The notes under the pieces were generated by a model. That model searched no databases. It was not told where the DNA came from and was given only the letters and a program-made list of their open reading frames with translations. Below are positions 55,989 to 64,000 of a DNA stretch of 64,000 nt, one piece after another. The position numbers were made by a program, and so were the translations under genes. This stretch comes from a virus (lineage: Duplodnaviria > Caudoviricetes). The DNA lies in the IMG/VR virus record IMGVR_UViG_3300020045_001345, positions 13,920 to 77,919 of that record. One strand, 5' to 3'. Position 1 is the stretch's first letter. Each line of letters begins with the position of its first letter.

Positions 55989-56735
55989 TTGAGCCATAAT
56001 GCATCGCGTACAAGAAAACGTAAAGTAAGAGAGGAAGTAAAGCCTCCAATTAAAAAAGTGTTTTTAGAAAAAGCTAGAGAAGTTGTTCTAGCAAAGGCTA
56101 TATACCCACTGAATGATAGACAGGAGGAATATTTTCAAGCACTGAAAGAGAAAGACCTTGTAGTGGCAACTGGTCTTGCAGGAAGTAGTAAAACATTTGT
56201 AGCTTGCTGTTTTGCTGCCGATGCCTACACACTTGGAGTAATAAACAAAATTGTACTTGCACGACCAGCTATGTCGGAATCTAAGAGCCTAGGTTTTAAC
56301 AAAGGAGATTTGAATGACAAGATGAAACAGTGGGTAATGCCTATGTTGTCCGTGCTATACATGAGAATGGGTAAAGTTGTTGTAGATATGGCAATTGAGG
56401 AAGGTAATATTCAACTACAACCACTGGAATCTATCAAAGGTATGAGTTTCGGGAAACAAACATGGGTGATTGCTGATGAAGTAGAGGATTGTTCAATTGC
56501 TGAAATCAAATCTATCATTACTCGTAATGGCGGTGCAAAGATGACTTTGTGCGGAGATGTTACTCAGTCTTGTTTGAAAGAACACAGTGGTCTTAAGGTA
56601 TTGCAAGATTTGATAAGAGGAGATAAACGTTTGCAAGACTCTGCAGCATTGATTGACTTTGATGAATATGATCACATTGTACGTAGTAAATTGTGCAAAG
56701 ATTTTATTATTGCTTTTGATAAGGCTGGATATTGA
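55989..56735 (+). CDS. phoH: PhoH-like ATPase
   Basis: P.N.RQ.EY, GLAGSSKT, RP......LGF..GDL..K, +KGMSF, IADE, GD..QS. Confidence 0.92.
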   Translation: MSHNASRTRKRKVREEVKPPIKKVFLEKAREVVLAKAIYPLNDRQEEYFQALKEKDLVVATGLAGSSKTFVACCFAADAYTLGVINKIVLARPAMSESKSLGFNKGDLNDKMKQWVMPMLSVLYMRMGKVVVDMAIEEGNIQLQPLESIKGMSFGKQTWVIADEVEDCSIAEIKSIITRNGGAKMTLCGDVTQSCLKEHSGLKVLQDLIRGDKRLQDSAALIDFDEYDHIVRSKLCKDFIIAFDKAGY

Positions 56736-56736
56736 T

Positions 56737-57273
56737 ATGATTTCTCCAGAAAATGAATTAAAAATAAATAGCCCCTTAAATAAAGTCAGGAGAGCTTGGA
56801 GAGATATAAAATCAAGATGTTATAAAGAGACTCATAAAGAGTATAAAAGATATGGAGGAAGGGGGATAACTATACAAAATTCTTGGCTAAGTAATTCAAA
56901 AGGTTTCTGTAATTATGTAATGAGTCTCCCAGACTTTGATCTTAAATATAGCTTAGATAGAATCGACAATAATAAAGGTTATGAAGAAGGTAATCTTAGG
57001 TGGGCTAGTGATGCACAGCAAACTAGAAATCAAGGAAAGCAATCTAACAACACATCAGGTGTTTGTGGTGTAACTTGGTATTTTAATAGGACAGGAGGGA
57101 CTCGTGCTATTGCTTGGTGGTATGATTTAGATGGAAAACCAAAGAGTAAATCGTTTCCAGAGAAGAAGTTTGGTCTGCTCCCAGCTTTTAAAATGGCTGC
57201 AGAGCACAGAAAAAGTATGATTAAAGAACTAAATAGACAGGGTGCAGGATACTCTGAAACACACGGAAACTAA
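56737..57273 (+). CDS. Free-standing HNH homing endonuclease
   Basis: W..+K.RCY....Y.RYGGRGI, SLDRIDNNKGYE.GNLRWA...Q.RN; C-terminal GAGYSETHG. Confidence 0.88.
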   Translation: MISPENELKINSPLNKVRRAWRDIKSRCYKETHKEYKRYGGRGITIQNSWLSNSKGFCNYVMSLPDFDLKYSLDRIDNNKGYEEGNLRWASDAQQTRNQGKQSNNTSGVCGVTWYFNRTGGTRAIAWWYDLDGKPKSKSFPEKKFGLLPAFKMAAEHRKSMIKELNRQGAGYSETHGN

Positions 57274-57283
57274 GGAGAACCTA

Positions 57284-57994
57284 ATGAAGAAATTAGCAAA
57301 AGAAACACTAATCCCTTTGGATTTTATGAAACCAGTAGGTTTTGAAGTTATATCAACTCCTGTAGCAATGTCATACGTTGTCAATATTGATGAAGACTTT
57401 GACCACACTAATCAATTTGATGATGTTGTGCGAGTTCTTGAGAGTGCTGGTGATAATGATTACATGCGTATCAACCTTAGCTCTAACGGAGGTGCTTTGT
57501 TTGCTGTACTGCCGTTGTTAGGTGCTATGCAGATGACACAATGCCATGTTCATGTTCATATTTGCTCAGATGCTTCGAGTGCTGCAACATTTGTGGTCAT
57601 GTTAGCTGATAGCGTATCAATTAATGATTATGTGACTATGTTATTTCACAATGTATCCTATGGAGTTGGTGGTAGTGGCGGTAAAGTAGCAGCTAATGTC
57701 AAACACACAATAAAATCTAGTGAGAAGATACTACGAGAACTCTATTCAGACTTCTTCTCAGAAGAGGAAATTTCATTGCTCCTAGCTGACAAAGACTACT
57801 ACCTTGACACAGAAGAATTCTTGTTACGTTATGAAGCACGTGAGAATATTCGTAATGAGAGGATGGAAGCTGAGATTGCGAAGAGGGTGGAAGAAGCTGA
57901 GAAGAAGGTTGTTAAGAAGAAAGTTGCAAAACCTAAGAGTTTAACACTTGATAAGGCAAATGACATGATTGCTGAGTTGTTAGCTAAGAAGTAA
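57284..57994 (+). CDS. ClpP-like (Clp protease proteolytic subunit family) protein
   Basis: INLSSNGG, DASSAATF+.+.AD, MLFH; ATG at 57284 with AAGGAG SD. Confidence 0.8.
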   Translation: MKKLAKETLIPLDFMKPVGFEVISTPVAMSYVVNIDEDFDHTNQFDDVVRVLESAGDNDYMRINLSSNGGALFAVLPLLGAMQMTQCHVHVHICSDASSAATFVVMLADSVSINDYVTMLFHNVSYGVGGSGGKVAANVKHTIKSSEKILRELYSDFFSEEEISLLLADKDYYLDTEEFLLRYEARENIRNERMEAEIAKRVEEAEKKVVKKKVAKPKSLTLDKANDMIAELLAKK

Positions 57995-58000
57995 TTATAG

Positions 58001-58036
58001 AGCCTCTCAGCCTTAATTGGTTTGAGAGGCTTTGTT
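58001..58036 (+). terminator. Intrinsic terminator
   Basis: AGCCTCTCA...TGAGAGGCT followed by TTGTT. Confidence 0.7.
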
Positions 58037-58039
58037 GTA

Positions 58040-58068
58040 TTGACTCCCACAATTTATGGTGTTACAAT
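58040..58068 (+). promoter_or_regulatory. sigma70 promoter
   Basis: TTGACT-17-TGnTACAAT. Confidence 0.8.
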
Positions 58069-58109
58069 ACACTTTTAATAAAAGCACTAAGTGTATTAAG
58101 GAGGAACAG

Positions 58110-58850
58110 ATGAAAGTCGATGTACAACAAGCACACAAGCTAAGAGAAGAAGGCTGCACATATAAAGAGATTGCACAAACAATTGGTTGTAGTGAGGATT
58201 GGTGTAAACGTAACCTTAAGTTTGTAGTTAAGAATCAAAAGGATGAAGAAATATTAGCACAAACAATAAAAAGAGCTAAATCCGTTGACGGCATAACAAA
58301 TATTGAAATACGTAGAATAATAAGAACATTGCACACAAATTCTTTTTGTAAGGAAGATAGACAAAGAGAAGACAAGATATTTAATCGTATTAAAGTAAAA
58401 TTAAGGAAGATTGATGGTTGTTTAGTGCGGCCTTACTGGTTACAGCCACAACAAGCACAACAATCATTCGATGCACTAATGCAATCCACAAGACTAATAA
58501 GTGATAGAGTAGAAGAGGAGGTAGCTTCATTCATTGAATTATTTGACCTTGATGAATCTTATACTAACAGCATACGATGGGCTATTGTTTCACTTACTCA
58601 TGCTGGTAGTAAGCTTGGTTCTGGTACAGATATTCAATCTACAATTAATAACTTAGAGAACTTAGTTACTAACCTTAGAGACAGGAATACACCACTACAC
58701 TTCTATAATAATACTTACGTCAAAAAGTGCGCACTAAAAAAAGAAGATGGAGAAAAAGTGTATTGTGGTGAAAGTGTAGTTCCTGAATTACTACCAATTG
58801 AGGCTTATTGTGATGAATTTAGGCTTGACAGTGCTGTAAATATATGTTAA
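58110..58850 (+). CDS. N-terminal HTH DNA-binding protein
   Basis: A.KLREEG.TYKEIA..IGCS..W..R; ATG at 58110 with AAGGAGG SD. Confidence 0.7.
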   Translation: MKVDVQQAHKLREEGCTYKEIAQTIGCSEDWCKRNLKFVVKNQKDEEILAQTIKRAKSVDGITNIEIRRIIRTLHTNSFCKEDRQREDKIFNRIKVKLRKIDGCLVRPYWLQPQQAQQSFDALMQSTRLISDRVEEEVASFIELFDLDESYTNSIRWAIVSLTHAGSKLGSGTDIQSTINNLENLVTNLRDRNTPLHFYNNTYVKKCALKKEDGEKVYCGESVVPELLPIEAYCDEFRLDSAVNIC

Positions 58851-58868
58851 TATTTGTGCATATTAACA
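58825..58868 (+). promoter_or_regulatory. Putative sigma70 promoter with inverted repeat over the -10 box
   Basis: TTGACA-17-TGnTAATAT; arms TGTTAATAT 58845-58853 and ATATTAACA 58860-58868. Confidence 0.65.
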
Positions 58869-58883
58869 AACAAGGAGCAAACT

Positions 58884-59426
58884 ATGGTTGATTGGAATGA
58901 ATTGTTTTATTATGACGAAACGAGTCCTAGCTGTTTGAGATGGAAAGTTGACCGTTACAGTGGGAGGTATTATAGCATATTAGAAGCGTCAGCTGGAGAT
59001 ATTGCTGGCGGGGTTACAAGTGAAGATTATTGGAAAGTACGTTGTTGTGGTTCTAAGAATTTCGCCCACAGGATTGTTTATACTTTAAAATTTGGTGTTA
59101 TTCCAGATAATATGCAGATTGACCACATTGATGGTAATAGGTTAAATAACAAAATTTCAAATTTAAGAGCTATTAGTAAACTTGTCAACTCACGAAACAA
59201 GAAAAGTGAATCTAGGAACACTTCTGGTTTCGTTGGTGTATATAGAACTAGGAGTTATTGGACAGCAAGTTGGTATTGCGCCACAACTTTAAAACAAAAG
59301 ACCAGAAACTTTTGTACTTTGAAGTATGGGGAGGACTTGGCTTTTGATAAAGCTATTGCTTATAGAGTTGCAATGATATTCAAACAGAATATGTTAGGGC
59401 AGGGTACACAGAACGACACATATTAG
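58884..59426 (+). CDS. Free-standing HNH homing endonuclease
   Basis: AHRIVY...G.IP..MQIDHIDGNRLNNKISNLR; paralog of 67..612. Confidence 0.9.
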   Translation: MVDWNELFYYDETSPSCLRWKVDRYSGRYYSILEASAGDIAGGVTSEDYWKVRCCGSKNFAHRIVYTLKFGVIPDNMQIDHIDGNRLNNKISNLRAISKLVNSRNKKSESRNTSGFVGVYRTRSYWTASWYCATTLKQKTRNFCTLKYGEDLAFDKAIAYRVAMIFKQNMLGQGTQNDTY

Positions 59427-59436
59427 GAGATTGTAA

Positions 59437-60252
59437 ATGAAATATATACGCTACGTTAGCGACATCCATTTAGACCATGATAAAGGCACTCTCTGGATAC
59501 CTCCTTCAATGGAAGGTGACTCAGACACAACCCTGATTATTGCAGGTGACTTATGGGTAGACTGTAAGCACATCTTGCAAACAATCAATGGGGAGAGCTG
59601 GATGTCATCTGTTGCATCCAGATTTAAATACATTGTATACGTCTTGGGTAACCACGATTTATGGAAAACAAGGCTAGATACAGCGGCACAGAAGTGTAAA
59701 GAGGCGGCAATTGAGCAGGGCTTACACAACGTATTCCTTTTAGACTGCGAGAGCATCAACCTAGATGGGAATATCTTTGTTGGTGGAACGCTATTTACTG
59801 ACTACGGCAACAGAAACCCTCTCAGTATGCTCCAAGCTGTAGATTACATGAATGACTATAAACTCACTCGTGTAGGAGAAGACTACCGCAAGATGAAACC
59901 TATAGATTGCTTACACATATTTGACAAAACTAAGAAGCTCATATTTGACACTAAGAAGCCCGAGAATGGAAAGCTTATTGTTGTGACACACATGGCTCCT
60001 AGTCATCTCAGTGTGCATGAGAAATATCGTAATAAGCAGGACGCGATGGCAAACACATGGTATTATAGCGAGCTTGGAGAGGATATTATAGGCAGTGAGA
60101 TTGACTATTTTGTTCACGGTCACGTCCACTCTACCTTTGACTATACTATAGGGGATACTAGAGTGTTATGCTCTCCAAGAGGTTATGTCAATTATGAGAA
60201 TGATACGGGGTGGAATGATTGTGCTAGAATTGAACTAAATAAAGGAGATTAG
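59437..60252 (+). CDS. Calcineurin-like metallophosphoesterase
   Basis: SDIHL, IAGD, LGNHD, THMAP, HGHVH. Confidence 0.9.
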   Translation: MKYIRYVSDIHLDHDKGTLWIPPSMEGDSDTTLIIAGDLWVDCKHILQTINGESWMSSVASRFKYIVYVLGNHDLWKTRLDTAAQKCKEAAIEQGLHNVFLLDCESINLDGNIFVGGTLFTDYGNRNPLSMLQAVDYMNDYKLTRVGEDYRKMKPIDCLHIFDKTKKLIFDTKKPENGKLIVVTHMAPSHLSVHEKYRNKQDAMANTWYYSELGEDIIGSEIDYFVHGHVHSTFDYTIGDTRVLCSPRGYVNYENDTGWNDCARIELNKGD

Positions 60253-60253
60253 C

Positions 60254-61297
60254 ATGGGAGGTAATTGCTTAAAAGATTGCACAACAAGACGTTACAATCG
60301 TGCAGAATACTATGCACTAGAGAATGAGGTGATGTATAAGCTTGACAACCTATTTCCAAATGATTGTAAGTCACCTATTCTTTCGTACCACGATAAAGAG
60401 TCCTTCGGAGATATGGATATTCTCATATCCTCAGAATTCATGACACAGGATATGATTGAAGCTATTATTGACGAGTTTCAGCCCAGACAAGTGTTTAAGA
60501 ACGGCAATTGTCTATCCTTTGAGTATAAAGAGTTTCAAATTGACCTTATTGCCACTGGTGTTGCTAATTACGAAAGCTCACAACGCTACTTTGCCTATAA
60601 TGACTTAGGGAATCTCTGTGGAAGACTAGCAGGAGCTATTGGCCTAAAACTAGGACATGATGGCTTGTCATATAATTATCGAGAAGGTACAAATCTAATT
60701 GCTAATATCCCCATCTCTAAACATTGGTATGAAATTCTCCCTATTCTCGGACTAGACTATAATCCATTCTTTGAAGGCTTTAACACATTAGAAGAAATTT
60801 TCAACTTTGTAGCTTCTAGCACATACTTCCGTAAGGACATATTCTTACTAGAAAATAGGAATCACACAAGCCGTGTAAGAGACTCTAAACGTAAGACGTA
60901 CATGGCGTTCCTAGAATGGCTTGAGAATGGCTCCTGCAAGCACGTAGAAGCCACTGAAACACGTTCTAAAGAAGAGTGGCTACATATCCACCTTGAATCA
61001 ATTAAAGGCTTTAAAGAGGCTTACAATGCATCTGAGAAGAAGCACATAGACTGGGTGGAATATACATCGAGGTTCAATGGTAAGATTGTTAATAGGATTA
61101 CAGGGTTGGAAGGGAAGGAGCTTGGAATGTTTATGACATTTGTTAAGGCACACTATCATGGAGCTGAAACTCTGCAGAGGGATGTTCTTAAAATGAATGT
61201 GAAATTAGTTGACAGCTGGATTATGCACATGTATAAACTATACTCAGGGACATTAGAAGTAACAAATTTAGAATTTACAATTGCACAGGAGAAATAA
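60254..61297 (+). CDS. Putative Pol-beta-superfamily nucleotidyltransferase-like phage protein
   Basis: KESFGDMDIL (G-D-x-D), FQIDLI third acidic residue, YNDLGNL.GR. Confidence 0.6.
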   Translation: MGGNCLKDCTTRRYNRAEYYALENEVMYKLDNLFPNDCKSPILSYHDKESFGDMDILISSEFMTQDMIEAIIDEFQPRQVFKNGNCLSFEYKEFQIDLIATGVANYESSQRYFAYNDLGNLCGRLAGAIGLKLGHDGLSYNYREGTNLIANIPISKHWYEILPILGLDYNPFFEGFNTLEEIFNFVASSTYFRKDIFLLENRNHTSRVRDSKRKTYMAFLEWLENGSCKHVEATETRSKEEWLHIHLESIKGFKEAYNASEKKHIDWVEYTSRFNGKIVNRITGLEGKELGMFMTFVKAHYHGAETLQRDVLKMNVKLVDSWIMHMYKLYSGTLEVTNLEFTIAQEK

Positions 61298-61476
61298 TGA
61301 ACTTAGAAGATATTCATAACAGGGCAGTAGACTTCATAGCAGTTAATAAGGAGTGTTACGTAGCTGCATGGCTGTTGCAGAATAAGGATAAGAATATAGA
61401 CGATTATGAGATTGTGTACAGCTCAGGGTGGGACGGTGTTTTCCGTATGAGCTTGGCTAGGAAGTTTAGGTTATGA
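61297..61476 (+). CDS. Small hypothetical protein (59 aa)
   Basis: MNLEDIHNRAVD...RKFRL*; TAATG coupling. Confidence 0.6.
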   Translation: MNLEDIHNRAVDFIAVNKECYVAAWLLQNKDKNIDDYEIVYSSGWDGVFRMSLARKFRL

Positions 61477-61484
61477 AATAAGTA

Positions 61485-61530
61485 TTGCACAATATTTAAA
61501 TGTAGTGTAACATGTACACTTGTAGCATTT
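61485..61530 (+). promoter_or_regulatory. Putative sigma70 promoter with dyad over the -10 box
   Basis: TTGCAC-17-TAACAT; AGTGTA/TACACT inner arms, AAATG/CATTT outer arms. Confidence 0.5.
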
Positions 61531-61559
61531 GTGTATTAACAAATTAAGGAGAATAAATA

Positions 61560-62072
61560 ATGGTTGATAAATTTAAAGCTGGTGATAAGGTTGTTCGGAT
61601 TAGTAATGGATGTAGTTTTGCACGAATTGGGTCAGTTAACTCTGTTACTGCGTGTAGAGGGTTTGAACTACACTTAGAAGGCTGTGGTTCTGCATTTTAT
61701 GCCCCTTATTTTGAATTATACATCGAAGCTCCTGCTCCGCTAAAAGGTTTCTTTCGTATTAAGGATGAGGAGCACTCTAAGCTTGTGCAGGAGCATCTTT
61801 TTAGCTTAGGGTATGTATGGCAGAGTGGTCGGGCTTCAGTTCGTAATACAGATCAACCTATTATTTATGTGTCTAGCTGTATATTCTACAACTCAGATGT
61901 TTTTAAAGGCTATAAAGAATATGCTCTTGAGTCATCTACAACATACTCTATTAAGGAAATTTCACCAGATCCAGTTGAAACAATCAACATTGGTGGAATG
62001 GAGTATTCTAAAGAGGGTGTTGAAAATGCTTTAAAAGGGTTGCAACCTATTGATACTAAAGGAGTGTCATAA
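61560..62072 (+). CDS. Hypothetical protein
   Basis: AAGGAG SD; FKAGDKV start. Confidence 0.7.
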   Translation: MVDKFKAGDKVVRISNGCSFARIGSVNSVTACRGFELHLEGCGSAFYAPYFELYIEAPAPLKGFFRIKDEEHSKLVQEHLFSLGYVWQSGRASVRNTDQPIIYVSSCIFYNSDVFKGYKEYALESSTTYSIKEISPDPVETINIGGMEYSKEGVENALKGLQPIDTKGVS

Positions 62073-62551
62073 TGGCTAAGGTTAAATACAGCCCATTCAC
62101 AGGTCTTGCCAACCCTCGATTATCTCTAAATAGCATCAGAGATGATCACGCAGACAAGGCATGGCTCTACAATCCTAATACTGGTGTTGCTAGAACTTGT
62201 CATGAAGTGGGAGAGGATTGCTTTGGATTTAGTATCCCTATTAGTAGCTATGAAGACGAGGCAGCTATTGAAGCTATTATGAATAGTTTTAATTTTGATA
62301 AAGTATTAAGTGTTATGGAAATGCTTAATTGGGTATATTCTGAAGGTGTTCCTTCTTTGTTACAAATTAAAGAAGTTGCTAGAATGTTATTGTGTAGTTT
62401 GATTACTGCAGATTGTGAATATGTAGCTACAGGAGGATTTGTGGCAAGGAAAGTGATGAGTGACTGTGGTTCAAATTACTCCTTAGAGTTTGTTGTTGAA
62501 AGCTGGGATGAATATACTAGTGATAATGATACCAATGAGGAGGAGTCATAA
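62072..62551 (+). CDS. Hypothetical protein
   Basis: TAATG coupling; I+..F+FDKV...M..LNW.+ pattern. Confidence 0.7.
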   Translation: MAKVKYSPFTGLANPRLSLNSIRDDHADKAWLYNPNTGVARTCHEVGEDCFGFSIPISSYEDEAAIEAIMNSFNFDKVLSVMEMLNWVYSEGVPSLLQIKEVARMLLCSLITADCEYVATGGFVARKVMSDCGSNYSLEFVVESWDEYTSDNDTNEEES

Positions 62552-62754
62552 TGGCTACTAAACGTCACAATTATGGAGCAGGGAGCAATGCAGGCATACT
62601 AGGTGCTTGTTTGGCTATGACATTCTGGAAGTGGATATTATTAATATTGTTTATTGTCTGGGTGCCAGCTTGGGTATGGATTGTATTGTTAGTTGCTGTG
62701 ACAGTGTTTGGAATATTTTATGCTATTTACAGTGAGGAGAAGAAGCATGAGTAA
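62551..62754 (+). CDS. Small membrane protein
   Basis: Long hydrophobic Trp-rich segment. Confidence 0.7.
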   Translation: MATKRHNYGAGSNAGILGACLAMTFWKWILLILFIVWVPAWVWIVLLVAVTVFGIFYAIYSEEKKHE

Positions 62755-63340
62755 GAAGCTTGTGTATGGTGCAGGTATTTATGATAAGGGTGAGTTTGCT
62801 GGATCTGAAAAGGTTGGTAACAAGTGGGTAGCGACTAAAGAATATGTCTTGTGGAATAATATGCTGAAACGCTGCTGTTCAGAAAAATTCCAACTAAAAC
62901 GCCCTACATATGATGGGTGTTATTCATCTGATAATTTTAAGAACTTTCAACTATTTGCAGAATGGTGTCAGAGTCAGACAGGGTTTAAGATGAAAGATTA
63001 CCACTTAGATAAGGATATGCTTATTAATGGTAATAAATGTTATAGTGAGGACAATTGTGTATTTGTACCGAGACAACTAAACATCTTTCTGACAAATATG
63101 AGGAGTGACCAAGGAAATTGCCCGGTGGGCGTTAGTTTCCATAAAAGAGACAAGCATTACCGAGCAATGATGTGTATAAAAGGGAAGAGTACATACCTAG
63201 GCTACTACAGCACACCAGAAGAAGCATTCAATGTCTACAAAACAGCTAAAGAAGCTCGAGCTAAAGAACTAGCAATAGAATATGCAGGGCTTGTAGACCC
63301 CAGAGTGATTGACGCTCTTAACAGGTATGTTGTAGAGTAA
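62747..63340 (+). CDS. Free-standing homing endonuclease (HNH-like/AP2 type)
   Basis: VYG.GI, W.NML.RC, NFQ.FAEWC, LDKDML..GNK.YS...CVFVP..LN; ATG at 62747. Confidence 0.87.
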   Translation: MSKKLVYGAGIYDKGEFAGSEKVGNKWVATKEYVLWNNMLKRCCSEKFQLKRPTYDGCYSSDNFKNFQLFAEWCQSQTGFKMKDYHLDKDMLINGNKCYSEDNCVFVPRQLNIFLTNMRSDQGNCPVGVSFHKRDKHYRAMMCIKGKSTYLGYYSTPEEAFNVYKTAKEARAKELAIEYAGLVDPRVIDALNRYVVE

Positions 63341-63358
63341 ACAGACTAAGGAGAACAA

Positions 63359-63895
63359 ATGAATATATTTCTAATAGCAGACTTGCATCTATCTCACAAG
63401 GGAATTGTAAAGTTCTTACGGGAGGATGGGGTGACAAAGGAGCGCCCTTTCGAGACAACAGAGCATATGGATGCTGCCATCATTAGTAATTGGAATAATG
63501 TTGTAAAGGAAGGTGATAAGGTTTATGTCTTAGGAGATGTTGTCATCAATCGTAAGGCTATGCCACTCTTAGGTAAGCTCAATGGCACTAAAGTTCTCAT
63601 AGCTGGAAACCATGATACAATGAGAACAACAGAATATCTTGAGTATTTCAAAGAAGTGAGAGGTAGTGGTGTACTTGCCAATATGCTGTTAACTCACATT
63701 CCAGTGCATCCTGACAGCTTGGAACGGTGGGAGGGATCGTTCCACGGACATTTGCACAGCAAGAGGGTGAGGCTTCCTGACGGAAGTATTGACCCTCGTT
63801 ATTTATGTTTGAGTGCAGAGCATGTTAATTACACACCTATTAGTTTGGAGGATGCTTTGTTGAAATGGGAAGCACAACAGCCTAAAATGCTATAG
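63359..63895 (+). CDS. Calcineurin-like phosphoesterase
   Basis: ADLHL.H, LGDV, GNHD, THIP, HGHLH. Confidence 0.9.
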   Translation: MNIFLIADLHLSHKGIVKFLREDGVTKERPFETTEHMDAAIISNWNNVVKEGDKVYVLGDVVINRKAMPLLGKLNGTKVLIAGNHDTMRTTEYLEYFKEVRGSGVLANMLLTHIPVHPDSLERWEGSFHGHLHSKRVRLPDGSIDPRYLCLSAEHVNYTPISLEDALLKWEAQQPKML

Positions 63896-64000
63896 AACAG
63901 ATTCAAACCAATCAATATTGTTCAAACATCTAAAATACTTAAAAATAAATCCAGTGCAGCTATGTAAGTGCACTGAAATACCTTCAAAATATATCAAATA

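Noticed and set aside
1-64000. CRISPR array, retron/DGR reverse transcriptase, integrase, inteins, stop-codon reassignment
   Set aside because: No regularly spaced repeats, YxDD RT motif, recombinase motif or intein signatures were seen. Conserved genes are full length in the standard code; the only internal stop (terL) is explained by the intron.

Overview
This window is a 64-kb slice of an AT-rich tailed dsDNA bacteriophage genome (Caudoviricetes). It is most likely a siphovirus: there is a 1749-aa tape measure, a tube-type major tail protein and no sheath gene. No integrase, repressor cassette, CRISPR array or reverse transcriptase is visible. There are three blocks. (i) 1-22980, + strand: replication and nucleotide metabolism (ThyX, T7-gp4-like primase/helicase, family-B DNA polymerase, dNMP kinase, SSB, PAPS-reductase-like protein, 5'-3' exonuclease, N6-adenine MTase, MazG-like, NrdB/NrdA/glutaredoxin). 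(ii) 23091-54176, - strand: morphogenesis and lysis (terS, an RNA-gene cluster, terL, portal, S49 protease, decoration protein, major capsid, head-tail genes, a 6.5-kb accessory fibre module with an SGNH esterase, tail genes with a -1 frameshift, tape measure, a very small tail-tip set, and an M15 endolysin cassette). (iii) 54200-64000, + strand: early/accessory genes (PhoH, ClpP-like, phosphoesterases, nucleotidyltransferase-like). The main non-obvious signals are: an ORF-less 254-nt group I intron that splits the terminase Walker A motif, which the ORF track misses; a roughly 610-nt cluster between terS and terL holding an atypical tRNA-Gly, a tRNA-like RNA with a degenerate anticodon arm and several unassigned structured RNAs; sigma70 promoters whose -10 region repeatedly sits inside an inverted repeat, next to a stand-alone sigma-region-4-like mini-protein; a 44-aa RMF-like ORF; and eight free-standing homing endonucleases. 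All family assignments come from motif recognition by eye; no database search or folding program was run.
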